A stretch of DNA of 32,000 bases from Xylanibacter ruminicola 23 (GTDB taxonomy: Bacteria > Bacteroidota > Bacteroidia > Bacteroidales > Bacteroidaceae), in assembly GCF_000025925.1 (NCBI RefSeq), contig NC_014033.1, positions 2,220,001 to 2,252,000 of the forward strand, read 5' to 3'. The position numbers were made by a program, and so were the translations under genes. Shown here one piece after another: positions 23,742 through 32,000 of the stretch (its first letter is position 1; each line of letters opens with the position of its first letter). Below the pieces are notes generated by a model. That model saw nothing but the letters and a program-made list of their open reading frames with translations, did not search any database and was not told the origin of the DNA.

Positions 23742-26078
23742 ATGAACAGAGTAACAATAGCAATTCTTGCCTTGCTGGCACCAATAGCTATGTGTGCACA
23801 GGGTGTAAAGATCGAGTTTTTTACACCTTCTGTTGTACATGTGGTAAAGTACCCAGGGCAGCCAGTAACACCCGAGAGCAAGGTGATTATAGCCAAGCCT
23901 CAGGAAGTAAAGCTTACCCGCAAGGGCAGCACCACATCGAGTAGCGAGCTAACGGTGAAGCTCGACGAGAAAACGTGCTGCATCACATTCCTTGATGCCA
24001 AAGGAAAAGTGCTGCTACGCGAAAAGTCGCACACGTTTACCCCACTCAACCAGACCTTTACGCTTGATAAAGGCGAGGCTATCTACGGTCTGGGCACCAT
24101 TCAGAACGGCAAGATGAACCGTCGTGGCGAGCATAAGCGCATGGAGCAGAGCAATCTGGAGGACTTCCAGAACGTGATCCAGAGCATCAAGGGTTGGGGC
24201 CTGTATTGGGATAACTACGCCCCCACCCAGTTCGACGATGATGCACGCGGCATGTCGCTTACCTCTGAGGCTGGTGATGTGATCGACTATTACTTTATGT
24301 ATGGTGGTTCGGCCGATGGTGTGATTGCACAGATGCGCTTCCTGAGTGGTGATGTGCCCATGTTCCCACTGTGGACGTATGGTTTCTGGCAGTCGAAGGA
24401 ACGTTACAAGACCGCAGCCGAAACCGAGAGCATTGTTGATAAATACCGCGAGCTGCAGGTGCCCCTGGATGGTATTATCCAGGACTGGCAGTACTGGGGT
24501 TCCAACTACCTGTGGAACGCCATGGACTTCCTGGCTGAGGATTTTGCCAACGGCAAGCAGCTGATTAAGAACGTACATCAGAAGCATGCCCACTTCATGA
24601 TCAGTATCTGGGCCAGCTTCGGACCTCAGACCCAGCAGTTCCGCGAGCTGGATGCCAAGGGCCTGCTGCTGCCCATCGAGACATGGCCACAGAGCGGCAT
24701 CTCGCATGTATGGCCTCCTATCATGGAGTATCCTTCGGGTGTAAAGGTGTACGATGCCTTCAGTCCCGAGGCCCGTGCCATCTATTGGAAATACCTGAAG
24801 AAGCTGTACGATTACGGCACCGATGCCTGGTGGATGGACTCTACCGATCCCGACTTCTTCAACCCCAAGGAGAGCGACTACCAGCACCCTGTTACCGGCG
24901 GTACTTGGCGCTCGCTGCGTAATGCCTTCCCACTCGAAACCGTACGCGGTATCTATCAGGCACAGCGCAAGGACGATCGCGGCAAGCGTATCTTCATCAT
25001 GACACGCTCGTCGTTTGCAGGACAGCAGCACTATGGCTCAAACATGTGGAGTGGCGACGTAGCCTCGTCGTGGGAGATGCTGCGCAATCAGATTCCCGCA
25101 GGACTAAGCTTCACGCTCACCGGTAACCCCAACTTCAACACTGATATCGGCGGTTTCTTCTGTGGTTCGTACAACACCAAGGGCTCTGGCTCAGCACCTA
25201 AGAACCCACAGTTCCAGGAGCTGTATGTACGCTGGATGCAGTACGGACTGTTCTGCCCCGTGTTCCGCAGTCATGGTGCCGATGCCCCTCGCGAGATATG
25301 GCAATTCGGCGAGCCCGGCACCCCCGTTTATCAATCTATCAAAAATTTGATTGATTTCCGTTACCGCCTTATACCTTACTTATATAGTACCGCCTCGCAG
25401 GTTACCAACAACAACTTTAGCTACATGCGCCCGCTGTTCAGCGACTTTGCCGCCGACAAGAAGGTGTGGGACATGACCGATGAGTTTATGTTCGGTCGCA
25501 GCATCCTGGCCTGCCCCATTGTAGAGGCCCAGTACACCCAGGAAAAAATTATCAAGGAAGATGCCATGACCGGCTGGAACCGTAAGGAGGTTACGGGCGA
25601 GTCTGCCGAACAGGCAGACTGGACCGAAACCAAGACCGCAACCAAGTACCTGCCAAAGGGTGCCAACTGGTACGACTTCTGGACAGGCAAGCTATATAAG
25701 GGCGGACAGAACGTGGTGCTTACTACCCGATTCGACCAGGTACCGATGTTTGTACGTGCCGGTAGCATTGTGCCATTGGGTCCTGTGATGCAGTACGTAG
25801 GCGAGAAGCCTTGGGACAACCTCGAGATACGCATCTACCCAGGTGCCGATGCCGAATTCTCGCTGTACGAGGACGAGGGTGATGGTTACAATTACGAGCA
25901 GGGTTACTACTCTAACATCATCTTTACCTGGACCGACCGCACCCGCACGCTGCACATCAGTGCCCGCCAAGGCGGTTACAAGGGCATGCTGCTCGACCGC
26001 AAGTTTACATTGGTTCTGCCCGATGGCACCACAAAGACCATCGATTACAACGGCAATCAAGTAACAGTCAAGTTATAA
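23742..26078 (+). CDS. Glycoside hydrolase family 31 (alpha-glucosidase / alpha-xylosidase type)
   Basis: Signal peptide present. GH31 signatures are DGIIQDWQYW, GTDAWWMDSTDPD (nucleophile Asp region), FIMTRSSFAGQQHYGSNMWSGDV and NTDIGGF (acid/base region). The start is 5 nt after the GH43 stop. Confidence 0.9.
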   Translation: MNRVTIAILALLAPIAMCAQGVKIEFFTPSVVHVVKYPGQPVTPESKVIIAKPQEVKLTRKGSTTSSSELTVKLDEKTCCITFLDAKGKVLLREKSHTFTPLNQTFTLDKGEAIYGLGTIQNGKMNRRGEHKRMEQSNLEDFQNVIQSIKGWGLYWDNYAPTQFDDDARGMSLTSEAGDVIDYYFMYGGSADGVIAQMRFLSGDVPMFPLWTYGFWQSKERYKTAAETESIVDKYRELQVPLDGIIQDWQYWGSNYLWNAMDFLAEDFANGKQLIKNVHQKHAHFMISIWASFGPQTQQFRELDAKGLLLPIETWPQSGISHVWPPIMEYPSGVKVYDAFSPEARAIYWKYLKKLYDYGTDAWWMDSTDPDFFNPKESDYQHPVTGGTWRSLRNAFPLETVRGIYQAQRKDDRGKRIFIMTRSSFAGQQHYGSNMWSGDVASSWEMLRNQIPAGLSFTLTGNPNFNTDIGGFFCGSYNTKGSGSAPKNPQFQELYVRWMQYGLFCPVFRSHGADAPREIWQFGEPGTPVYQSIKNLIDFRYRLIPYLYSTASQVTNNNFSYMRPLFSDFAADKKVWDMTDEFMFGRSILACPIVEAQYTQEKIIKEDAMTGWNRKEVTGESAEQADWTETKTATKYLPKGANWYDFWTGKLYKGGQNVVLTTRFDQVPMFVRAGSIVPLGPVMQYVGEKPWDNLEIRIYPGADAEFSLYEDEGDGYNYEQGYYSNIIFTWTDRTRTLHISARQGGYKGMLLDRKFTLVLPDGTTKTIDYNGNQVTVKL

Positions 26079-26103
26079 ATCGAGAACACGAAACGGAAAA
26101 AAC

Positions 26104-26133
26104 AAAGAGAGAGACCCGAAAGTCTCTCTCTTT
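26104..26133. terminator. Bidirectional rho-independent terminator after GH31
   Basis: 12-bp stem AAAGAGAGAGAC (26104-26115) / GTCTCTCTCTTT (26122-26133) with loop CCGAAA. T-rich tracts follow on both strands. Confidence 0.7.
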
Positions 26134-26155
26134 TCTGTGATCCGCTTGGGGCTCG
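26126..26155 (-). repeat. 30-bp perfect direct copy of the tRNA-Lys 3' end plus 12 nt of its downstream flank (second copy at 26248-26277)
   Basis: CTCTCTTTTCTGTGATCCGCTTGGGGCTCG is identical at 26126-26155 and 26248-26277 (offset 122 bp). It covers tRNA nucleotides 56-73. Confidence 0.9.
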
Positions 26156-26226
26156 CGCTCGGCGACGAAGGAGACGCTTTGACCTTGGTCAAAGAACCCT
26201 TGGGTGAGAGCCCCCAACGGTGAAAC

Positions 26227-26256
26227 AAAAAAGAGAGGCTAAAAAACCTCTCTTTT
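26227..26256 (-). terminator. Rho-independent terminator of tRNA-Lys
   Basis: On the minus strand: AAAAGAGAGG-TTTTTTAG-CCTCTCTTTTTTGTTT, a 7-10 bp stem followed by a T-run, beginning 3 nt after the tRNA 3' end. Confidence 0.65.
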
Positions 26257-26259
26257 CTG

Positions 26260-26332
26260 TGATCCGCTTGGGGCTCGAACCCAAGACCCCAACATTAAAA
26301 GTGTTGTGCTCTACCAACTGAGCTAGCGGATC
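26260..26332 (-). tRNA. tRNA-Lys (anticodon UUU), 73 nt, CCA not encoded
   Basis: I folded GATCCGC-TA-GCTC-AGTTGGTA-GAGC-A-CAACA-CTTTTAA-TGTTG-GGGTC-TTGGG-TTCGAGC-CCCAA-GCGGATC-A by hand. All four stems are perfectly paired and the T-loop is a canonical TTCGAGC. Confidence 0.92.
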
Positions 26333-26370
26333 AACCTTGTATGACGAATGCTTTCTTACGAAAGCGGGTG

Positions 26371-26378
26371 CAAAGGTA
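26371..26378 (-). promoter_or_regulatory. Bacteroidetes -7 promoter box (TACCTTTG, minus strand) upstream of tRNA-Lys
   Basis: Plus strand CAAAGGTA, 38 nt upstream of the tRNA 5' end. Confidence 0.45.
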
Positions 26379-26403
26379 CGAAGTTTTTCCGAATTAACCA
26401 AAT

Positions 26404-27504
26404 TTATTCGGAAGATTTTTCGTTACCACCCTCATTTTCTGTATCTTTTGTAACATATTGTTCGTAATACGCAATCAAAAGTGTGGTTAACGGCAGGGCT
26501 ATAATCAGTCCGATAAAGCCCAGCAGCGCGCCCCAAACCGAGAGCGAAAGCAACAGGATGGCAGGATTCAGTCCCATGGCCTTACCCATCACCTTAGGCG
26601 TTACTATCATATCGCATATCAGCTGCACCACGATGAACACCAGCAGGGCCAGCGCCAGGATACCCCAGAAGTTCTGACCCGTATCGGCCGACTTGAGCAG
26701 TGCCAGCAGCACCGTAGGTATCAGTGCAAAGGTGTGCAGATAAGGCACCAGGTCCATAATACCTATCATGATACCCAGACCGATGGCCATGGGGAAATCG
26801 ATAATCGTAAAGCCTATGCAGAACAGGATACCCATGATGAGTGCCACCGTTCCCTGACCGCGCACGTAGTTGTTAAGCGCCTGTCCGGCATCCTTACCCA
26901 ATCCCTGCCAGAAGGGACGACTCTTCTTGGGGAAGATACGAATCCAGTTGTCCGTGAGGTACTCGTAATCCAGCAGGATAAAGAACATATATAATAAGGT
27001 AATAAGCGATGCCACGATACCGATAACCACGGTAGCCGTCTGTCCCAGCACGTTAAACAGTCCGGGCAGCACCGTCTTGACACTATCGGTAAACGTAGCG
27101 CTCTTAAAGAACTTTTCAATCTCGCGGCTGTTCTGGTTTATCCACAGCTGTATGGCACCAGGAATATCCTTGATGTGCGCCTCCTTCCGTATGTAGTCGG
27201 TTGCCAGGCTGCCCAACTTCTCAAACTGCTCAATCATAGGCGGTATGATCAGGTAGATAACACCAGCCATCACGGCTATCAACAGCACCAGCGTAATCAC
27301 AATGCTCAGTGCCCTGTTGCCCACATGCAGCTTATACTGCACAAATTTTACAGCAGGATAAAGCAGATAGGCCAGGAGCCAGGCCACAAAAAACGGCAGC
27401 AGCACACTGCTCAGGTAGTTTACCAGCAGCAATATGCCTATCACCAACAGGCCGGCACCCAGCCAGCGTACCAGCTGATCAAGCGTGATTGTCTTTTCTT
27501 TCAT
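26404..27504 (-). CDS. AI-2E family transporter (PerM / UPF0118)
   Basis: 366 aa with about 8 TM segments. The family-typical segments are [46 protein letters not shown] and [30 protein letters not shown]. Confidence 0.8.
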   Translation of the reverse strand: MKEKTITLDQLVRWLGAGLLVIGILLLVNYLSSVLLPFFVAWLLAYLLYPAVKFVQYKLHVGNRALSIVITLVLLIAVMAGVIYLIIPPMIEQFEKLGSLATDYIRKEAHIKDIPGAIQLWINQNSREIEKFFKSATFTDSVKTVLPGLFNVLGQTATVVIGIVASLITLLYMFFILLDYEYLTDNWIRIFPKKSRPFWQGLGKDAGQALNNYVRGQGTVALIMGILFCIGFTIIDFPMAIGLGIMIGIMDLVPYLHTFALIPTVLLALLKSADTGQNFWGILALALLVFIVVQLICDMIVTPKVMGKAMGLNPAILLLSLSVWGALLGFIGLIIALPLTTLLIAYYEQYVTKDTENEGGNEKSSE

Positions 27505-28081
27505 TTTCCTCTCTTATTGCTTTTTGATAACACTCGCGGCACAGGGGCTCGTACTCGGTAGTCTCGCCCAGCAGCACGCGCTGCTCGCTCTGCACCTTAC
27601 GATGACTCACGTAAGCCAGATTACCGCACTTTACACAGATGGCATGCACCTTAGTCACATCGTCGGCAATGGCACACAGGGCAGGCATGGGTCCGAAGGG
27701 CACACCCTTGTAGTCCATGTCCAATCCGGCCACAATCACACGTACACCGCGGTTGGCCAGCTCGTTACACACATCCACGATACCCATGTCGAAGAACTGG
27801 GCCTCGTCGATGCCCACCACGTCGATATCGCTCGACAGCAGCAGGATACTTCCCGGCGAATCGATGGGTGTACTCTGGATGTGCTTCTGATCATGGCTCA
27901 CCACATCCTCTTCCGAGTATCTCACGTCGATAGCCGGTTTAAAAATCTCCACCTTCTGACGGGCAAACTGCGCTCTGCGCATTCGCCTGATCAGCTCCTC
28001 AGTCTTGCCCGAGAACATCGAGCCGCACACCACTTCAATTCTTCCAGGTCGGTGTGCCTCACCTGTTAAGTTTTCTATCAT
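27479..28081 (-). CDS. tdk: Thymidine kinase
   Basis: [14 protein letters not shown] (P-loop), IDEAQFF, and the Zn ribbon C.KCG...CRECY. 200 aa. The 3' end overlaps the AI-2E start by 26 nt. Confidence 0.95.
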   Translation of the reverse strand: MIENLTGEAHRPGRIEVVCGSMFSGKTEELIRRMRRAQFARQKVEIFKPAIDVRYSEEDVVSHDQKHIQSTPIDSPGSILLLSSDIDVVGIDEAQFFDMGIVDVCNELANRGVRVIVAGLDMDYKGVPFGPMPALCAIADDVTKVHAICVKCGNLAYVSHRKVQSEQRVLLGETTEYEPLCRECYQKAIREENERKDNHA

Positions 28082-28160
28082 ATTGGCGACAAAATTACAA
28101 AATACCTTTTAAAAATTGCAAAGATTTGCGTGTTTTTTTGTCTATTCCGTCAATTTGCCT

Positions 28161-28168
28161 TATATTTG
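28161..28168 (+). promoter_or_regulatory. Bacteroidetes -7 promoter box (TATATTTG) for rsmI
   Basis: Exact TAnnTTTG match, 9 nt upstream of the ATG at 28178. Confidence 0.45.
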
Positions 28169-28177
28169 CCCCTTGTT

Positions 28178-28876
28178 ATGGGTATATTATACATCGTACC
28201 GACTCCAGTTGGGAATATGGAGGACATGACTTTCCGAGCCATCCGTATTCTGAAAGAAGTGGATCTGGTGCTGGCAGAAGACACTCGCACATCGAGCAAA
28301 CTGCTGAAGCATTACGAGATTCACAACCAGCTGATGTCGCACCACAAGTTTAACGAACACGGAACGTCGGCCTCGGTCGTAGCCCGATTGCAGGCAGGCG
28401 AGAACGTAGCACTGATAAGCGATGCAGGCACACCAGGCATTAGCGACCCGGGATTCTTCCTGGTACGCGAGGCCGTGCGCGCAGGCATCGAAGTACAATG
28501 TTTGCCAGGTGCCACAGCCTTTGTGCCTGCCCTGGTGGCCAGCGGATTGCCATGCGACCGCTTTGCCTTCGAGGGTTTTCTGCCGCAGAAGAAGGGGCGC
28601 CAAACCAAGATAGAATCGCTAAAGGGCGAGCAGCGCACCATGATATTCTACGAGAGTCCCTACCGCGTGGTAAAAACGCTGCAGCAGTTTGCCGAGGCCT
28701 ACGGTGGCGATCGCCAGGTAAGCGTGTGCCGCGAGATATCCAAGATACACGAGGAGAGTGTACGTGGCTCGCTGGAAGAGGTGATAGCCCATTTCAAGGA
28801 GCACGAGCCCAAGGGTGAGATTGTGATCATCCTGGCTGGAAACGATCATAAAGAACAATCAAATAAACAAAAGTAA
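28178..28876 (+). CDS. rsmI: 16S rRNA (cytidine1402-2'-O)-methyltransferase
   Basis: LYIVPTPVGNMEDMTFRAIRILKEVDLVLAEDTR, ALISDAGTPGISDPG and FYESPYR are the tetrapyrrole-methylase-fold RsmI signature. I chose the ATG at 28178 (MGILYIV). Confidence 0.9.
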   Translation: MGILYIVPTPVGNMEDMTFRAIRILKEVDLVLAEDTRTSSKLLKHYEIHNQLMSHHKFNEHGTSASVVARLQAGENVALISDAGTPGISDPGFFLVREAVRAGIEVQCLPGATAFVPALVASGLPCDRFAFEGFLPQKKGRQTKIESLKGEQRTMIFYESPYRVVKTLQQFAEAYGGDRQVSVCREISKIHEESVRGSLEEVIAHFKEHEPKGEIVIILAGNDHKEQSNKQK

Positions 28877-28878
28877 TT

Positions 28879-29745
28879 ATGAAAAAGTTATTTATCTTCG
28901 CTCTGTGCCTTACCGCACTGGCAAGTTGTAATGAGGGCGCCAAGAAAACGGAGAACGCAGCCCGCGCCGAGCGCGACTCGCTGAACCAGGTGATTGCCCA
29001 GAAGGATGACGAGATTAACGACATGATGACTACCTTAATCGACATTGAGGACGGATTCCGTGAGATTACCGACGCTCAGAACCGTGTTACCCTGGCCAAG
29101 CAGGGCGAGGGTACCAACAGTAAGCAGCGTATAGCCGAGAACTTCCAGTACATCCAGTCGATGATGCAGCAGAACAAGGATCTGATTGCCAAGTTGCAGC
29201 AGCAGGCCCGCGAGAGCTCGATCAAGGGCGACAAGCTGAAGAAGATCATCGCCAGCCTGCAGGAGCAGATGGAGAAGAAGGACTTGCAGATAGCCGAGAT
29301 GCAGGCCCAGCTTGACCTGAAGGATATCCACATCAACGAGCTTAACAACGAGATCAACACCATGCAGGACGACGCTCGCGCCATGAAGAGCGAGAACGAC
29401 GCTCAGGCTCAGAAACTGCAGGAGCAGGACAAGCAGCTTAACACTGCCTGGTTTGTTTACGGTACTAAGGACGAACTGAAGAAGCAGCAGATTCTGACCA
29501 AGGATGGTCTGTTCAGCAAGAGCAAGATTCTGCAGGGCAACTTCAACCGCGAGTACTTCACCAAGATTGATATCCGCGTGGATCGCGACATCAAGCTCTA
29601 CAGCAAGGATGCCAAGGTACTCACCTCGCACCCCGCCAGCTCGTACCGCTTAACCGCCGATGCCAACAAGCAGCTCATCCTGCGCATCAACGATCCTATC
29701 GCTTTCTGGAGCACCAGCAAGTATCTGGTTATCCAGGTTAAGTAA
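28879..29745 (+). CDS. Hypothetical coiled-coil lipoprotein (288 aa)
   Basis: MKKLFIFALCLTALASCNEG carries a lipobox. A long Gln/Lys/Asp/Glu-rich coiled coil follows, then a beta-rich C-terminal ~90 aa. I have no confident family call. Confidence 0.55.
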   Translation: MKKLFIFALCLTALASCNEGAKKTENAARAERDSLNQVIAQKDDEINDMMTTLIDIEDGFREITDAQNRVTLAKQGEGTNSKQRIAENFQYIQSMMQQNKDLIAKLQQQARESSIKGDKLKKIIASLQEQMEKKDLQIAEMQAQLDLKDIHINELNNEINTMQDDARAMKSENDAQAQKLQEQDKQLNTAWFVYGTKDELKKQQILTKDGLFSKSKILQGNFNREYFTKIDIRVDRDIKLYSKDAKVLTSHPASSYRLTADANKQLILRINDPIAFWSTSKYLVIQVK

Positions 29746-30766
29746 TACTACACTCGCTAATCAGGTTGCGAAAGGCATTCACATCAGCCGGATGCAACTT
29801 CACTACGGGCGCAATGGTCATCATGGCCGATGCGCCCATATTTTTTTCCATCTGCTTAAACTCCCGATACTTGGCCAGCACCTGTTGGCGCTCATTCTCA
29901 CCCAACGGGGGGAGCATCCCTGACTCGCGCATCAGGAAACGCACCTTAGCCGTTACCGACAGTTCGGCATGCAGGCGCACATAGCAGATAATATCGAAAT
30001 AAACCAATGGCGGGAACGATGCCTTGACCGACTCGAGGAAAGCACCTGTAGAGGTGTTTATCAACTGCCCGTCGCGGATACTCTGGAATAGCTGTATCTG
30101 CTCGTCGAGCCCCCTGTCGAGCCAACGGTGAATCATATCCACATCGTAGAAGTAGGTCCATGCCAGCAGACCACCCATCACGGCCAATACACTTACAAAC
30201 TGCATGACAGGATTGAAATGCAGATGGTTATGGCACACGTGCGCAGCAACGGCAGCCACCAGCAGCAGGATGGTCATCACCACATCAAACGGCTTTACCC
30301 CCAGTCGCGAGCGCCATCGCTCCGTTTGCCGCACCACCAGCACCAAGCCAGCAGCCACCACGGCACTGCAACCAATGTGCACAAGTGCCACCTCCAACCC
30401 ACGGAACAGCATGGTGCCCAAGCCAGCATCCTGCCCCAGCACCAGATAGAACAGGTTTTCGAGAATAGAGAACCCGCCACCCACAGCAGCACCGCAGATA
30501 ACGCTATCGATAAAGAACACCATACGCTTGCGCCCTGCCAGCACCAGTAGCGGCACAGCCTTCACCCCCTCCTCTACTACCGGGTGCGAGCCATCGGGCA
30601 GCACCCCATCCAGCCAACTGAACAAGCCAAAGCACACCAGTGCCATGAGCATGCCACCCACCACCAACTGCAGTAGCCTACGCTTGTTTACAAGTGCGAA
30701 ATGATCAATCTTGTAAACTACCAGTATATATATTATAATAGGTAATAGCGAAGCTACAAACTGCAT
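29738..30766 (-). CDS. PrsW-like intramembrane protease-family membrane protein with a soluble C-terminal domain
   Basis: Multi-TM N-terminal half with VVEEGVKAV (EExxK), GGGFSILENLFY (GFxxxEN) and LVHIGCSAV (His), which are the PrsW/CPBP-like motif set as I recall it. A ~130-aa cytoplasmic tail has no recognised family. The ATG at 30764-30766 shares a base with the upstream stop. Confidence 0.5.
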   Translation of the reverse strand: MQFVASLLPIIIYILVVYKIDHFALVNKRRLLQLVVGGMLMALVCFGLFSWLDGVLPDGSHPVVEEGVKAVPLLVLAGRKRMVFFIDSVICGAAVGGGFSILENLFYLVLGQDAGLGTMLFRGLEVALVHIGCSAVVAAGLVLVVRQTERWRSRLGVKPFDVVMTILLLVAAVAAHVCHNHLHFNPVMQFVSVLAVMGGLLAWTYFYDVDMIHRWLDRGLDEQIQLFQSIRDGQLINTSTGAFLESVKASFPPLVYFDIICYVRLHAELSVTAKVRFLMRESGMLPPLGENERQQVLAKYREFKQMEKNMGASAMMTIAPVVKLHPADVNAFRNLISECSIT

Positions 30767-32000
30767 TATAGTAATTTTAAGGATATCATTAACTCGTTGC
30801 CATGCCTGCCGCCAGCAAAGCCCTCGGGGGCAAACAGGTGGCCTAAACCTACCGAGAGTGTCGTCTTCAGATAGTTCACAAACACCAGTTCGGTGCTCAG
30901 CTGTAGGCCTGCACTATAATACATCTGATGCTTGGTACCAGGATTCCAGGCCGACAAGCCTGTACCGAAAAGCGAGCACTGTATCCACGTGGGATAGCAG
31001 AACAGGGCGCCGAAGTTGTTCAGTCGGATGGGGCGCAGGTTCAGCTCGGTAGTGGCTTTGGCATACGAGTGGGCCTGAATGGCATCGATGTCGGCACCTG
31101 GCATGGCCAGCGCAGTGCGATATTGGAAAGCATCGCGATAGTCCACACGGTTATTGCGGAATCCGCCCAGATAGGTATTGCCGAACACCGATTGGGCATC
31201 GCCGAAGTTATGCCCGGCAGCCGTACGCAGCCAGAAGGATGTGTTGCGGTCGAACGGCACCAACGTACCGAAATCGCCTGTGGCTTCGATGGATGGATAG
31301 AATGTGCCGCCAGCCAGATAGCCATAGCCGCTGATGCCGAGCTGGTAGCCCTGCTCGTCCATCACCCCGCCAAGCGACTTGCGCAGTTTGGATACTTTGC
31401 CGTAGATCGATGCTGTCTGCAGCGATTTCACGTCGTTCACCGCTATCTCCTGATACATGGGCAGTGCATCCATGTCGCCATAGGCATCCACCGAGAATCC
31501 CCACTCACGGGTGTAGGGGCTTATCATACTATTCGTATAATCGTACGACAGCCCCACCGTATAGCCCTTACGACTGGTACGTCTCGGACCGAACAGATCG
31601 TAAAAGTCGGTGTGGTTCCAAGCCGCCTTCAGCTTCCAGAAGTAGTATTGCCACTCCAGGTCGGCGTGCAAGCGGTTCTTCCAAGGGTTGTGGCTCCATG
31701 GCGATATGCCCAGCGAGAGACGGATACTGCTCAGTCCCACGGGGTCGTTCACGGCCAAGCGGTAGCCCAGCACCGGTGTAACATGATTCCAACTGTCGGC
31801 ATCGGTAAAGCCAGAGATGGTGGGATAAGCCCCTGCAAAGCGCATCTCCTTGAGCACATGGTAAGGGGTAATATGGTTGTAAACATCGCCAAACTCGATT
31901 CTGGGCAGCGAGTCGCGCAGCAAGCCCACCTGTTCAAGTGCGTCGCGGTTCTGTTCGTAGGCCGCCTGCCCGTACAGCTTTATGGCATTGGCATCGGTCA
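30766..32000 (-). CDS. Outer-membrane beta-barrel protein, C-terminal part (5' end lies outside the window)
   Basis: The frame stays open to base 32000 (...TDANAIKLYGQAAYEQNRDALEQVGLLRDS...). The sequence is rich in alternating aromatic/Gly strands (GYTVGLSYDY, GYQLGISGYGYLAGG, YYSAGLQLSTELVF). There is weak Omp85/surface-antigen-like character. Stop TAA at 30766-30768. Confidence 0.5.
   Translation of the reverse strand, partial: TDANAIKLYGQAAYEQNRDALEQVGLLRDSLPRIEFGDVYNHITPYHVLKEMRFAGAYPTISGFTDADSWNHVTPVLGYRLAVNDPVGLSSIRLSLGISPWSHNPWKNRLHADLEWQYYFWKLKAAWNHTDFYDLFGPRRTSRKGYTVGLSYDYTNSMISPYTREWGFSVDAYGDMDALPMYQEIAVNDVKSLQTASIYGKVSKLRKSLGGVMDEQGYQLGISGYGYLAGGTFYPSIEATGDFGTLVPFDRNTSFWLRTAAGHNFGDAQSVFGNTYLGGFRNNRVDYRDAFQYRTALAMPGADIDAIQAHSYAKATTELNLRPIRLNNFGALFCYPTWIQCSLFGTGLSAWNPGTKHQMYYSAGLQLSTELVFVNYLKTTLSVGLGHLFAPEGFAGGRHGNELMISLKLL

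Noticed and set aside
24015-25031. 338-aa minus-strand ORF antisense to GH31. Similar antisense ORFs lie at 16534-17250, 29035-29631, 27485-28069, 5250-5990, 22132-22743 and 976-1344.
   Set aside because: Each lies wholly inside a confidently identified gene on the other strand. They have Leu/Val/Gly/His-rich or Pro-rich low-complexity translations and no start context or promoter.
16063-26078. GH5, GH43 and GH31 as a polysaccharide utilisation locus
   Set aside because: There is no SusC/SusD pair, hybrid two-component regulator or ECF sigma factor in the window. GH5 is separated from GH43/GH31 by a housekeeping block (tpiA, folE). These look like scattered glycosidases rather than a canonical PUL.
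26189-26401. 70-aa minus-strand ORF
   Set aside because: It overlaps the tRNA-Lys gene and its terminator and promoter. The tRNA cloverleaf is perfect, so the ORF is spurious.
26079-26403. An integrated mobile element currently residing at tRNA-Lys
   Set aside because: Only 92 bp separate the two att-like repeats, and no integrase, excisionase or mobilisation genes are nearby. At most this is a scar.

Overview
This 32-kb window looks like a chromosomal segment from a Bacteroidales genome, probably Prevotella/Segatella-like. The evidence is TAnnTTTG -7 promoter boxes, no Shine-Dalgarno sites, many lipoprotein signal peptides, and DUF4248, DUF1599 and BT_3928-type genes. All family calls come from motifs I recognise by eye; no searches were run.

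Gene content, left to right:
- A phage-like module: Toprim-like gene fragment, DUF4248, HU-like protein, a 34-aa membrane peptide and a peptidoglycan amidase.
- lpxA.
- A three-gene RND efflux operon (adaptor, permease, outer-membrane factor). The permease is split by a frame disruption.
- A tight minus-strand string: CCA-adding enzyme, GH89 alpha-N-acetylglucosaminidase, HGSNAT-like transmembrane acetyltransferase and a small OM barrel protein.
- An alanine/glycine:cation symporter, GH5, and the conserved DUF1599 / BT_3928-family / tpiA / SPOR / folE block.
- GH43 and GH31, tRNA-Lys(UUU), an AI-2E transporter, tdk, rsmI, a coiled-coil lipoprotein, and an OM-barrel gene coupled to a PrsW-like gene.

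I found no CRISPR array, rRNA, transposase, integrase or recognisable defence system.

Points worth a second look:
- An iteron-like array with exact 22-bp phasing upstream of the DUF4248/HU genes.
- A holin-like micro-ORF overlapping the amidase start.
- A family of heptamer-phased microsatellites at gene junctions, and once inside a CDS.
- A 30-bp duplication of the tRNA-Lys 3' end that looks like an att scar.
- A nested palindrome abutting the efflux promoter.
- The translationally coupled GH89/HGSNAT pair, which mirrors two consecutive human lysosomal heparan-sulfate steps.

Nothing here is a compelling novel multi-gene system, so interest scores are moderate.
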